Position numbers and translations under genes: made by a program
Source of the DNA: Longimicrobiales bacterium
GTDB lineage: Bacteria; Gemmatimonadota; Gemmatimonadetes; Longimicrobiales; Gaopeijiaceae
Length of the DNA: 64,000 bases
Assembly (NCBI GenBank): GCA_965116905.1
Contig: OZ220732.1
Coordinates: 3,104,001-3,168,000, forward strand
Direction: 5' to 3'
Shown: in pieces, positions 1 to 11,652 of the stretch
How positions within the stretch are numbered: position 1 is the stretch's first letter
Layout of the letters: every line of letters begins with the position of its first letter
Notes under the pieces: generated by a model
What the model was told of the DNA's origin: nothing
The model's input: only the letters and a program-made list of their open reading frames with translations
The model's database searches: none

Positions 1-309
1 GGCGAAGGTGACTTCGTGGACGCCGGCCGCGAACGCCGCGACCAGCACGACTCTTTGGGGCCCCTCGTCCTGGTAGCGGCCGGGTTCCGACTCCGGCGAT
101 CCCATCAGGTATCCCCCGGCCGGCACCCTCACCATTACGGGGCACGCGTCACAGTCCCGGAAGACGGCCCCGTCCTCCGGCAGCGCCGCGGGCGGCCCCG
201 CGCCGTCCTGGGCGAGGACGGGCCCGGACACGGCGGTGGACAGGATCGCGAGGCAGACGAGACGGACGAGGCGGACGAGACGGACGAGGCGGACGAGACG
301 AACGATCAT
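1..309 (-). CDS. Formylglycine-generating enzyme (SUMF1/FGE-sulfatase) family protein, N-terminal part; runs off the window end
   Basis: Not in the ORF track; manual translation from ATG 309 gives MIVRLVRLVRLVRLVRLVCLAILSTAVSGPVLAQ...VFRDCDACPVMVRVPAGGYLMGSPESEPGRYQDEGPQRVVLVAAFAAGVHEVTFA. This is the typical FGE-domain start, preceded by a signal-peptide-like segment. Confidence 0.85.
   Translation of the reverse strand, partial: MIVRLVRLVRLVRLVRLVCLAILSTAVSGPVLAQDGAGPPAALPEDGAVFRDCDACPVMVRVPAGGYLMGSPESEPGRYQDEGPQRVVLVAAFAAGVHEVTFA
250..303. repeat. 9-bp tandem repeat x6 (GAGRCRRAC), encoding (RLV)n in the FGE-protein signal peptide
   Basis: Units at 250, 259, 268, 277, 286 and 295: gaggcagac gagacggac gaggcggac gagacggac gaggcggac gagacgaac. 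Confidence 0.95.
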
Positions 310-358
310 ACTGGGAATATGGCCCCACCACGCCCGCACGCGTCAGCCCCCGGGGTGC

Positions 359-388
359 TTGCCCCTCCCGGCACCGAGCAGACATGAT
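359..388 (+). promoter_or_regulatory. Putative sigma70 promoter for a leaderless mce transcript
   Basis: TTGCCC(359-364)-N18-CATGAT(383-388)-N6-ATG(395); no SD visible. Confidence 0.4.
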
Positions 389-394
389 GTTTCG

Positions 395-799
395 ATGGAC
401 AGCCACCTTGCCGGTCTTCCGCTCGACCACGTGGCGATCGCCGTGCGCTCCTTCGAGGACACGCTCCCCCTGCTCGAGCGATTGACGGGTGCCGCAGCCA
501 GCCCCCCCGAGCGCGTCGAGACACAGGGGGTCGAGGTGTGTTTCGTGGGAAGCGTCGAGTTGATCCGGCCGCTGGACCGGAACAACGGGGTCGCGCGCTT
601 CATCGACCGGCGGGGCCCGGGTCTGCACCACATCGCGTACCGGGTCGACGACGTCGGCACGGCCATGAAGGCGCTGCTGGGCGAAGGCTGCGAGTTCACC
701 TCCACACGCCCCATGACCGGTGCCGGAGGGCATCGTATCGCCTTCATGCACCCCAGGTCGACGGGCGGGCTGCTGGTGGAACTCGTGGAGCGCGGGTAG
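395..799 (+). CDS. mce: Methylmalonyl-CoA epimerase (VOC/glyoxalase family)
   Basis: Motifs LDHVAIAV, VELIRP, GPGLHHIAYRV and IAFMHPRSTGGLLVELVE. Confidence 0.85.
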   Translation: MDSHLAGLPLDHVAIAVRSFEDTLPLLERLTGAAASPPERVETQGVEVCFVGSVELIRPLDRNNGVARFIDRRGPGLHHIAYRVDDVGTAMKALLGEGCEFTSTRPMTGAGGHRIAFMHPRSTGGLLVELVERG

Positions 800-873
800 G
801 GGCGCGCCATCCGGGACCTCCCCGGCGCAGCCCCGGGCGGCGGTGTCACCACCCGGCCCCGAAGGCCCCGGCC

Positions 874-1409
874 TCATCCCACCACGCGGTCCAGCTCCAC
901 CTCCTCGACGAGCCATCCTCCGCCGTGGCTCCGGATCACCACGAACGGCACCTCGACCGAACCCCGTCCCTCCTGCTCGAGGTCCACGCCCACGCGCATC
1001 GCCGCCCGCCCCCGCCCCGCCACGGCCTCCTCGAACCGCACGCGGTACGAGTCGTGCCGCAGGATGGCGGCGATCACGTCCATGCGCAGTTCGACCTCCG
1101 CTTCTTCGAGACACCGCTCGCCCAGCCGGATCCAAGACCCGGCCTTGCGGAAGGCGCAACCGAGGGTGCCGCCGCGGTCGCCGATCGGCCCGTCCGCGGT
1201 CCCGAAGAGGCGGGCCATCGCCGCGTGATCCCTGCGGCCCGCGGCCTCCAGGAACATCTCCACCGTCCGCACGGGCTCCGGAGGGGGCGCCGGCCCGGCC
1301 TGTCCGCCGCCACCCCCGCACCCGGCCACCGTCGCCAACAGGAACCGGGGCAGGATCATGGCGTGTACGGCCCGCCTGCCCCGCGAACGACGCCCCCCGG
1401 TCCTCCGGC

Positions 1410-1413
<4 letters not shown>
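874..1413 (-). CDS. Hypothetical lipoprotein (NTF2/DUF4878-like pattern)
   Basis: GTG overlaps the clpB stop (GTGA); alternative ATG at 1359. Lipobox-like VAG-C, then PVRTVEMFLEAA...GWLVEEV. Confidence 0.6.
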
Positions 1414-4052
<2,639 letters not shown>

Positions 4053-4087
4053 TGTGGCAAACTCCTGTTGCATATCGGTCGGCAACG

Positions 4088-4165
4088 TGGCCAATTTGGC
4101 AGCGTTCGGGCAGGCGAACCCGCCAGGGTCGGCCAAATTGGCAGACTGTCCTGCCAAAATGGCAG
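4088..4165. promoter_or_regulatory. Three palindromic operator-like sites CTGCCA-N3-TGGCAG in the clpB/OPT divergent intergenic region
   Basis: TGGCCAATTTGGCAG 4088-4102, CGGCCAAATTGGCAG 4130-4144 and CTGCCAAAATGGCAG 4151-4165. Confidence 0.65.
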
Positions 4166-4283
4166 GGGCTGAGTCCGGCGGGGCCCGCCTCCCCCTCTAC
4201 TACAAGGAAGATCCGGGCCAAAGCCGCGGCGCATCGCCGGGCCTGAGCCGGCGCACCGACAACCCGAGACCCGAGGATCCGTC

Positions 4284-6290
4284 ATGGCATCGGTCGACCC
4301 TCCCTCGCGCAAGGGCCTGCCGCCCGAGGCGTACGAAGTCGTTCCCGGCGACGAATACCGCCCGTATGTGCCGCCGGAGCGGTCCCTCACCGAACTCACC
4401 GTCAAGGCGGTGCTCATCGGGCTCGTCCTGGCCGTCGTCTTCGGCGCCGCCAACGCGTACCTGGGACTGAGGGTCGGGCTGACGGTCAGCGCGTCGATCC
4501 CCGCGGCGGTCATGGCCGTGGCCATCTTCCGCGCGCTGAGGCGCGGGACGATCCTGGAGACCAACCTGGTCCAGACCATAGGCTCGGCGGGCGAATCGGT
4601 GGCCGCCGGCGTGATCTTCACGCTTCCGGCGCTCTTCATATGGCAGCGGTCGGACCCGACGATCGTGGTGGATCTTGTCCAGATCACCGTGATCGCCGCG
4701 ATCGGGGGGCTGCTCGGCGTGCTCTTCATGATTCCGCTCAGGCGCTACCTGATCTCGCGCGAGCACGGCAAGCTGCCCTACCCCGAAGGCACCGCATGCG
4801 CCGAGGTGCAGGTGGCGGGGGCGTCGGGCGGCGGCAAGGCCCGGCTGCTGTTCTCCGGCCTGGGGGTCGGGGCGCTCTACCAGGCGCTCGCGAACCGCAG
4901 CGGTCTCGCCCTCTGGAACGAGTCCCCGAGCCAGCCGCTCCCGGGGAAGGCCGAGATCGGGGGGGACTTCACGCCGGAGCTGCTCGGCGTGGGGTTCATC
5001 ATCGGGCCGCGCATCGCGGCGATCATGTTCGGGGGAAGCGCGCTCGCATGGCTCATTCTGATCCCGGCGATCAACCTCTGGGGCGGCAACAGCGTCGTCT
5101 ACCCGGCGACCGATCCCATGGCGTCGCTGATGTCCGGGGACATCTGGAACAACTACATCCGCTACGTCGGCGCCGGGGCGGTGGGGTTCGCCGGAATCGT
5201 CACCCTTCTCAAGTCGCTGCCCACCATCGTCGAGTCCTTCCGCCTGGGCCTGGGCCAGGTGGGTGCGGGCGGGGGGAGCGACCTGCCGCGCACGCAGCAG
5301 GACCTCCCGCTGAAGATGGTCCTGGGCGTCGCCGCTCTGCTGGCGGTGACGCTGTGGCTCTGGCCGGGCGTGCCTGTGGGACTGACGGGCGCGGTGCTGA
5401 TCGTGCTCTTCAGCTTCTTCTTCGTGACCGTGTCGAGCCGGATCGTGGGACTCATCGGCTCGTCGTCGAACCCGGTGTCGGGAATGACGATCGCCGCGCT
5501 GATCCTCACGTCGCTGATCTTCGTGGCCCTGGGGCTGAATGACGGCAGCGGCGCGGCCAAGGTGGCGGTTCTGGCCGTGGGCGCGGTGGTGTGCATCTCG
5601 GCGGCGGTGGCGGGCGACACCTCGCAGGACCTCAAGACGGGCTTCCTGGTCGGCGCCACGCCGAAGCGCATGCAGGTGGGCGAGATGATGGGCGTCCTCG
5701 CCAGCGCGGCCGTGATGGGCGGCGTGCTGGTCGTGCTCAACGAGTCCTACGGGATCGGCACGGTCGACGGCCTGCCGGCTCCGCAGGCCACGCTGATGAG
5801 CCTGGTGATCGACGGCGTGCTGAACGCATCCCTGCCCTGGGGCTTCGTGCTGCTGGGCATCCTGATCGCGGCGGTCGCCGAGTTCGTCTTCAAGCTGCCC
5901 TCGCTCGCCCTGGCCGTGGGGGTCTACCTGCCGGTCTCGCTGATGACCCCGATCTTCGTCGGCGGCCTGATGCGCTGGGCGCTCAACCGCAAGTACCGGG
6001 ACGCGGGCGAAACGGAGGAGGGCGAAAGCGTCCTGGCCGAGCACCGCGAGCGCGGCGTGCTCTTCGCCTCCGGGCTGATCGCCGGCGCGGCGCTGGTGGG
6101 CGTGCTGATCGGCGCCGTGATCTTCGCGGTGGCCAACCGTACCGGCCACGCCGATCCAGCATCGATCTGGCACGTGGGACACGCATGGTCCGACTGGTTC
6201 ACGGGCAGCTCCGCACTGGTCGGGACGCTGGTGTTCGCGGGACTGTGCTGGATGTTGTGGCGCGTCGCGAACCGGAGGGACGCGGCGTGA
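4284..6290 (+). CDS. Oligopeptide transporter, OPT family
   Basis: Motifs ANAYLGLRVGLTVSASIPAAV, ETNLVQTIGSAGES, LPYPEGTACAEV, SSSNPVSG, QDLKTGFLVGATP and PAPQATLM; polytopic membrane protein. Confidence 0.93.
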   Translation: MASVDPPSRKGLPPEAYEVVPGDEYRPYVPPERSLTELTVKAVLIGLVLAVVFGAANAYLGLRVGLTVSASIPAAVMAVAIFRALRRGTILETNLVQTIGSAGESVAAGVIFTLPALFIWQRSDPTIVVDLVQITVIAAIGGLLGVLFMIPLRRYLISREHGKLPYPEGTACAEVQVAGASGGGKARLLFSGLGVGALYQALANRSGLALWNESPSQPLPGKAEIGGDFTPELLGVGFIIGPRIAAIMFGGSALAWLILIPAINLWGGNSVVYPATDPMASLMSGDIWNNYIRYVGAGAVGFAGIVTLLKSLPTIVESFRLGLGQVGAGGGSDLPRTQQDLPLKMVLGVAALLAVTLWLWPGVPVGLTGAVLIVLFSFFFVTVSSRIVGLIGSSSNPVSGMTIAALILTSLIFVALGLNDGSGAAKVAVLAVGAVVCISAAVAGDTSQDLKTGFLVGATPKRMQVGEMMGVLASAAVMGGVLVVLNESYGIGTVDGLPAPQATLMSLVIDGVLNASLPWGFVLLGILIAAVAEFVFKLPSLALAVGVYLPVSLMTPIFVGGLMRWALNRKYRDAGETEEGESVLAEHRERGVLFASGLIAGAALVGVLIGAVIFAVANRTGHADPASIWHVGHAWSDWFTGSSALVGTLVFAGLCWMLWRVANRRDAA

Positions 6291-6730
6291 CGCGGGCGCA
6301 AGCGGAGAGCCGCGGCGGGCAGCGGCGACAGCGTGGGCGGCGGCTGCGCGGCGGGCGGCGGCGACAGCGTGGGCGGCGGCGGCGCGGCGGGCGGCGGTGC
6401 GCGGGAGTGCGTGCGTGGTTGCGCACGTGTCTCAAATCCGCCGCCCTGGTGCTTGCGGCCGGCTGCGGGACGGCGCCCGAGGAGGTCATGACGTGGCCGG
6501 AGTTCGTCGATGTCTACGTCGGTCTGCGCACGGCCGAACTGCGCGCTTCCGACCTGGTCATCGCGGAGGCAACGCGGGACTCGGTGCTGGCGGCTCACGG
6601 CGTGACCGAGGAGGACCTGCTGGCCTTCGCGGAGCGCTACGGCGACAACGTCACCTTCATGGAGGGGGTGTGGAACGCCGTCGAGAACCGGATGGTGGAG
6701 CTGAGCAGCCGTCCCGACTCCGTGGGGTAG
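6287..6730 (+). CDS. Hypothetical lipoprotein (DUF4296-like)
   Basis: GTGA overlap with the OPT stop; Arg-rich repeat N-terminus, LAAG-C lipobox and helical domain SVLAAHGVTEEDL. Start may be further downstream. Confidence 0.6.
   Translation: MTRAQAESRGGQRRQRGRRLRGGRRRQRGRRRRGGRRCAGVRAWLRTCLKSAALVLAAGCGTAPEEVMTWPEFVDVYVGLRTAELRASDLVIAEATRDSVLAAHGVTEEDLLAFAERYGDNVTFMEGVWNAVENRMVELSSRPDSVG
6311..6397. repeat. 36-bp tandem repeat x2.4
   Basis: cgcggcgggc(a/g)gcggcgacagcgtgggcggcggc(t/g)g at 6311 and 6347; partial copy at 6383. Confidence 0.9.
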
Positions 6731-6847
6731 CGCCACCGCGGCCGGGCTAACGGGCGGCGGCCAGCTCCCTCGCGGGCGGGCGTTGGGCGGCTCCCCGGCG
6801 GCCGGCTCCCTGGCGGCCTCGGTGGGAGCGCGGCCGGCCCGGCGCCC

Positions 6848-8533
6848 CTACTCCCACTCGATGGTCGCGGGCGGCTTCGAGCTGATGTCGTAGGTCACGC
6901 GGTTGACCCCCGTGACCTCGTTGATGATCCGGGTCGACACCCGGCCGAGGAAGTCGGGCTCGAACGGATACCAGTCCGCGGTCATGCCGTCCCGTGACGT
7001 GACCGCGCGCAACGCCACGACGTTTTCGTAGGTGCGGCTGTCCCCCATGACGCCTACCGAGCGCACGGGCAAAAGCACCGCGAAGGCCTGCCAGATGTCG
7101 TCGTAGATGCCCGCGGCCTCGATTTCCTCGAGGTAGATCGCGTCGGTGCGCCGCAGGACGTCGAGCCGCTCCTCGTTCACGGCTCCGATCACCCTGATCG
7201 CAAGGCCGGGACCCGGAAACGGATGGCGGCGGATGAACGCCTCGTCGAGTCCCAGCGTGCGGCCCACGCGGCGCACCTCGTCCTTGAAGAGCTCACGGAG
7301 GGGCTCGATGAGCTCGAAGGGCATGTCCTCGGGCAGCCCCCCGACGTTGTGGTGCGTCTTGATCGTGTCGGAGGGGCCTCGCACGGCCAGCGACTCGATC
7401 ACGTCGGGGTACAGAGTCCCCTGCACCAGGAAACGCGCGTTCGACCCGATCTCGCGCGCCGTGCGCTCAAAGACGCGGATGAACGTCTCGCCGATGATCC
7501 TGCGCTTGCGCTCGGGCTCGGTCACGCCATCCAGGGGGTCCAGGAACTCCCGCGCGGCCTCGACCACCACCAGCCGGATCCCCATGTGTTCGCGGAAGGT
7601 TCGCTCCACGCTCCGGCGCTCGCCGAGGCGCATCATGCCGGTGTCGACGAAAATGCAGGTCAGCCGGTCGCCCACGGCCCGGTGCACCAGCGCGGCCGCA
7701 ACCGACGAGTCCACGCCTCCGGAGAGCCCGCACACCACCTGCTCGGCGCCCGCCAGCGCACGGATGCGCTCCACCGACTCGGTGACGAACGCGCCGGCCG
7801 TCCAGTCGCCCGAGCACCCGCAGATCCGGAAGAGGAAGTTGTCGACGATCTCCTGCCCTCGCGGCGTGTGCGCGACCTCGGGGTGGAACTGGACGCCGTA
7901 CAGCGGGCGCGAGCGCGCGCGGAAGGCCGCGACGGGCAGATCGGCGGTCGCCGCCAGGGTCACGAAGCCGGGAGGGGGCTCGTCGACGTGGTCGCCGTGC
8001 GAGCACCAGACCGTGACGTCGTCGTCCGGGTTGAAGCCGTGGAAGAGATCGCCGTCGTGGCCCGTGGCCTCGGTTCCGCGCTGCGCCGCCGTGCCGTCGT
8101 GGCCCGCAGCCAAGCCGCCGCTGCCCGTGACGCGCAGGCTGGCACGGCCGTATTCGCGCTTGCCGGGCACGACCGTGCCGCCCTCGTGGTCGGCGATCAG
8201 CTGCATGCCGTAGCAGATGCCCAGGAGCGGCACCCCGAGGCGGAGCAGGCCGGGGTCGAGGCCGGGAACGTCGTCCCCGTACACCGACGACGGGCCGCCC
8301 GAGAGAATGATGCCCCGGGGCGCCCACGCCCGTACCCAGTCGATGGACCGCGTGGGGGGGTGGATCTCGCAGTAGACCCCCGACTCGCGGATGCGGCGCG
8401 CGATGAGCTGCGTGAACTGGGAGCCGTAGTCGACGACCAGGATGCGGTCGTGGTGTGGAACGGCGGGGTTGGTGGCCGCCGAGGCCGCGCCGGAGCCGGC
8501 TGCGGGGGAGCGGGGACCCGGTGGATCAGTCAT
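6848..8533 (-). CDS. guaA: GMP synthase (glutamine-hydrolysing)
   Basis: Motifs [44 protein letters not shown] and [12 protein letters not shown] 8533 overlaps the lysA end. Confidence 0.97.
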   Translation of the reverse strand: MTDPPGPRSPAAGSGAASAATNPAVPHHDRILVVDYGSQFTQLIARRIRESGVYCEIHPPTRSIDWVRAWAPRGIILSGGPSSVYGDDVPGLDPGLLRLGVPLLGICYGMQLIADHEGGTVVPGKREYGRASLRVTGSGGLAAGHDGTAAQRGTEATGHDGDLFHGFNPDDDVTVWCSHGDHVDEPPPGFVTLAATADLPVAAFRARSRPLYGVQFHPEVAHTPRGQEIVDNFLFRICGCSGDWTAGAFVTESVERIRALAGAEQVVCGLSGGVDSSVAAALVHRAVGDRLTCIFVDTGMMRLGERRSVERTFREHMGIRLVVVEAAREFLDPLDGVTEPERKRRIIGETFIRVFERTAREIGSNARFLVQGTLYPDVIESLAVRGPSDTIKTHHNVGGLPEDMPFELIEPLRELFKDEVRRVGRTLGLDEAFIRRHPFPGPGLAIRVIGAVNEERLDVLRRTDAIYLEEIEAAGIYDDIWQAFAVLLPVRSVGVMGDSRTYENVVALRAVTSRDGMTADWYPFEPDFLGRVSTRIINEVTGVNRVTYDISSKPPATIEWE

Positions 8534-9815
8534 CGTATTCGCCCCGGACGAGGTCGCCGTACTCCTCGCGCCGCCGTGCCAGCGTGGCGCGCCTGCCCTG
8601 CACGAGGACTTCGGCAGGACGGGGCCGCGAGTTGTAGTTGGATGCCATGGTGAAGCCGTAGGCGCCTGCCTGGCGCACGCAGATGAGCGCGCCGGGGGGC
8701 GGCACGGGCAGGCGCCGGTCCCGTGCGAGGAAGTCGCCCTGTTCACACACGGGCCCCACGATGTCCACGCGCTCGACGACGCCCTTGTCGCCGTCGCGCA
8801 CCACCGAGATCGCATGGACGCCGCCGTAGTGGCTCGGGCGTATCAGCTCGGTCATCCCCGCGTCCGTGATCACGAACGTCTTGCCTCCGCTTCGTTTGAG
8901 GTACAGGACCCGCGTGAGCAGCGCCCCCGCGTCGCCGACCAGGAAGCGCCCCGGTTCCAGGATCAGTTTGAGTGTACGGCCCTCGAGGCGGGCGGCCACG
9001 CCCTCGGCAAGCACGTGTACGTCGAGTGCCCCGGCTTCGCCATCGGCGATTCCGAAGCCGCCGCCGAGGTCGACGTAGCGGAGGCGCACCCCGCAATCCG
9101 CGCGCACCCTGTCGGCAACCTCGAGCACCACATCGAGCGCGGCCAGAAAGGGACCCGGTTCGCGAATCTGGGAGCCGATGTGGACATTGACGCCGACCGG
9201 ACTCAACCCCGGTTGCTCCGCGATGGCTCCGTACAGATCCACGGCCTCGTCGGCAGACACGCCGAACTTGGCGGACGCGTGGCCGGTGCGGGTGAACTCG
9301 TGCGTGGGGCTGTGCACGTCCGGATTGACCCGGACGGCGACCGGGGCGGTGACGCCGGCCTCCCGCGCCACATCGCCGAGCGCGGCGAGTTCCTGTGCGC
9401 TCTCGACGTGGAACGCCATGATGCCCTGTTCGAGCGCGTAGCGCATCTCGTCCCGGGTCTTCCCCACCCCGGCGAAGACGACGCGCGCCGGGTCGATGCC
9501 TGCGCGCCGGGTACGGTACAGCTCTCCGCCGCTGACGATGTCGGCTCCGGCGCCCGCCTGCGCGAGCAGCCGCAGCACCGCCAGATTCGGATTCGCCTTG
9601 ACCGAGTATGCGATCAGCAGATCCACGCCGGCGAAGGCGTCCCGCACCGCGTGGAAGCATTCCAGGATGCGGTCGCCGTTGTATACGTAGAGCGGCGTTC
9701 CGAATTCCTGCGCGAGGCCATCCAGCGACAAATGGCCGCAGCGCAGCACGCCGTCGCGGCGCGGGAAGGCCGCGTCGGCAGACGCCCCGTCCGGGGACGC
9801 CGGCTTCGCCCGCAT
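8526..9815 (-). CDS. lysA: Diaminopimelate decarboxylase
   Basis: Motifs [14 protein letters not shown] (PLP Lys), [20 protein letters not shown] and [16 protein letters not shown]. Alternative TTG at 9824. Confidence 0.95.
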   Translation of the reverse strand: MRAKPASPDGASADAAFPRRDGVLRCGHLSLDGLAQEFGTPLYVYNGDRILECFHAVRDAFAGVDLLIAYSVKANPNLAVLRLLAQAGAGADIVSGGELYRTRRAGIDPARVVFAGVGKTRDEMRYALEQGIMAFHVESAQELAALGDVAREAGVTAPVAVRVNPDVHSPTHEFTRTGHASAKFGVSADEAVDLYGAIAEQPGLSPVGVNVHIGSQIREPGPFLAALDVVLEVADRVRADCGVRLRYVDLGGGFGIADGEAGALDVHVLAEGVAARLEGRTLKLILEPGRFLVGDAGALLTRVLYLKRSGGKTFVITDAGMTELIRPSHYGGVHAISVVRDGDKGVVERVDIVGPVCEQGDFLARDRRLPVPPPGALICVRQAGAYGFTMASNYNSRPRPAEVLVQGRRATLARRREEYGDLVRGEYDD

Positions 9816-9820
9816 GGCCT

Positions 9821-11293
9821 TCAATAGGCCCGTGCCCACACCACCTCCATGGACGCAGCGCCGCCGCCGACACACCTCGTCGGGGCCGTATCGGACCGGA
9901 ATTCCCGCGATGGGATGACGCGGATCGTCGCCTTCGTCTCGTCCTTGACCCTGTCCTCGACGCCGGAGTCGCCGCTCCAACCCGAGTAGACGAATCCCGC
10001 GCCCTCGTCCAGCAGGTCCCCCAGTTCACCCACCGACGAGACCTCGCCCCGGTAGGTCGCCGCGTCGCGGCGGGCGCGCGCCGCGGCCAGGAGCTGCCGC
10101 TGCAGGTCCTCGAGACGGTCCTCGATGCCGCCGACCGCAACCGCCTCGGGCAGAGGCTCCTTGCGCGCCTCGCCATCGGCCGACACGCGGCGGACGACGA
10201 CCACCTCCTCCTTCTCCACGTCGCGCGGACCGATTTCGATCCGGAGGGGAACGCCCTTGCGCTCCCACCCGAAGAACTTGGCGCCCGGGGACAGGTGCCG
10301 CCGCTCGTCGGCCACCGCCCGAACCCCCTTGCCGTTCAGCGCCGCCGCGATCCCGCGGGCCTTCTCGGCCACGACCGCCCACTGCTCGTCGCTTCTGCCG
10401 ATGGGCAGCACCACCACCTGGGTGGGAGCCAGCTTCGGAGGGAGCACCACGCCGACGTCGTCGCCGTGGGTCATCACCAGGCCGCCGACGAGCCGCGTGG
10501 ATACGCCCCAGGAGGTGTTCCAGGCATACTCCTCCCTGCCCTCTTCGCTCTGGAAGGTGAGTCCGAACTGACGCGAGAAGTTCTGTCCAAGCATGTGCGA
10601 CGTCCCGGCCTGGAGCGCCTTGCCGTCCTGCATCAGCGCCTCGCACGCGTAGCTGCGCACGGCGCCCGCAAACTTCTCGGCCTCCGACTTGAGTCCGGTG
10701 ATCGCGGGCATGGCCATCCACTCCTCCATGAAGGTCCGGTAGACCTCGAGAATGGTGCGGGCCTCCTCTTCGGCCTCGGGTTCGGTCGCATGGGCGGTGT
10801 GGCCCTCCTGCCACAGGAACTCGGCGGTTCTCAGGAAGAGCCGGGTCCGGAGTTCCCACCGCATCACGTTGGCCCACTGGTTGAGCAGGACCGGCAGGTC
10901 CCGGTAGCTCTGGACCCATTTCGCGTACATCGAGTAGATGATCGTCTCGGACGTCGGACGGATCACGTAGGGTTCTTCCAGCTCCTTGCCGCCCGCGTGG
11001 GTCACCACCGCCAATTCGGGCTTGAACCCTTCGACGTGCTCCTTCTCGCGTTCGATGAAGCTCATGGGAATGAGGAGCGGGAAGTAGGCGTTCTGGTGTC
11101 CGGTCGCCTTGAACATGTCGTCCAGGGCCCGCTGCATGTTCTCCCAGATGCCATAGCCCCAGGGCCGGATCACCATGCTCCCGCGCACCGGGGAGTAGTC
11201 CGCCAGTTCGGCCTGCTGAACGACTTCGTTGTACCAGGCGCTGAAGTCCTCGGCCCTTGGAGTGAGCCCCTTCCCCCTCTGTCGTTTTGTCAT
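9821..11293 (-). CDS. proS: Proline--tRNA ligase (archaeal/eukaryote-like type, no editing insertion)
   Basis: Motifs DFSAWY, IRPTSET, NQWANVMRWE, FLRTAEFLWQEGHT and QAGTSHMLGQNF; C-terminal WARAY. Confidence 0.96.
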   Translation of the reverse strand: MTKRQRGKGLTPRAEDFSAWYNEVVQQAELADYSPVRGSMVIRPWGYGIWENMQRALDDMFKATGHQNAYFPLLIPMSFIEREKEHVEGFKPELAVVTHAGGKELEEPYVIRPTSETIIYSMYAKWVQSYRDLPVLLNQWANVMRWELRTRLFLRTAEFLWQEGHTAHATEPEAEEEARTILEVYRTFMEEWMAMPAITGLKSEAEKFAGAVRSYACEALMQDGKALQAGTSHMLGQNFSRQFGLTFQSEEGREEYAWNTSWGVSTRLVGGLVMTHGDDVGVVLPPKLAPTQVVVLPIGRSDEQWAVVAEKARGIAAALNGKGVRAVADERRHLSPGAKFFGWERKGVPLRIEIGPRDVEKEEVVVVRRVSADGEARKEPLPEAVAVGGIEDRLEDLQRQLLAAARARRDAATYRGEVSSVGELGDLLDEGAGFVYSGWSGDSGVEDRVKDETKATIRVIPSREFRSDTAPTRCVGGGAASMEVVWARAY

Positions 11294-11652
11294 CTGCCTC
11301 CGCCCCCTCCGGGCGCGTCGTCGCCGGGTTCCCCCTGTTTGTGTCCGTTCGAACGCTGGCGCCGGTCCATGGCCCACGCCACCACTCCCGGCACTCCGAA
11401 GAGCAGGATGGACGCGGTCAGCCACGTGGTCCGAAACGGCCATCCGAATGCGCCGCGACCCAGATACGCGGCGAGCCAGCCTCCCAGAACTGCCGCAACC
11501 GCCGCGGCTCCCAGCAGGATCGCCTCGAGAAGGTTGAGGCGGCGAATCGCACGGCTCATCACCTGCCGCACCACGCGCATGTCCTCCTGGGAGGCTTGCC
11601 GCCGCTTGCCCCGTGGCCGCTTGCCCCGTGGCCGCTTGTTCCGGGGTTTCAC
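11290..11652 (-). CDS. Hypothetical small membrane protein (2 TM)
   Basis: Overlaps the hisS stop (GTGA) and the proS start (ATGA); two hydrophobic segments and a basic repeat N-terminus. Confidence 0.7.
   Translation of the reverse strand: MKPRNKRPRGKRPRGKRRQASQEDMRVVRQVMSRAIRRLNLLEAILLGAAAVAAVLGGWLAAYLGRGAFGWPFRTTWLTASILLFGVPGVVAWAMDRRQRSNGHKQGEPGDDAPGGGGGR
11601..11645. repeat. 15-bp tandem repeat x3, encoding (PRGKR)n
   Basis: gccgcttgccccgtg at 11601 and 11616; gccgcttgttccggg at 11631. Confidence 0.9.

Noticed and set aside
236..394. Arg-rich (RRT)n N-terminal extension of mce, and the (DETDEA)n ORF at 16-387
   Set aside because: Both are other-frame readings of the 9-bp repeat belonging to the minus-strand FGE gene.
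4068..4085. Sigma54 promoter for clpB (minus-strand TGCCGACCGATATGCA)
   Set aside because: Spacing fits -24/-12, but the near-invariant GG at -24 is GC here.
4200..6182. Long antisense or alternate-frame ORFs (e.g. 4200-6182 -, 9608-11770 +, 38432-40357 +, 59849-61663 -)
   Set aside because: They show no family motifs and lie opposite or over well-supported genes; such ORFs are expected in GC3-rich DNA.
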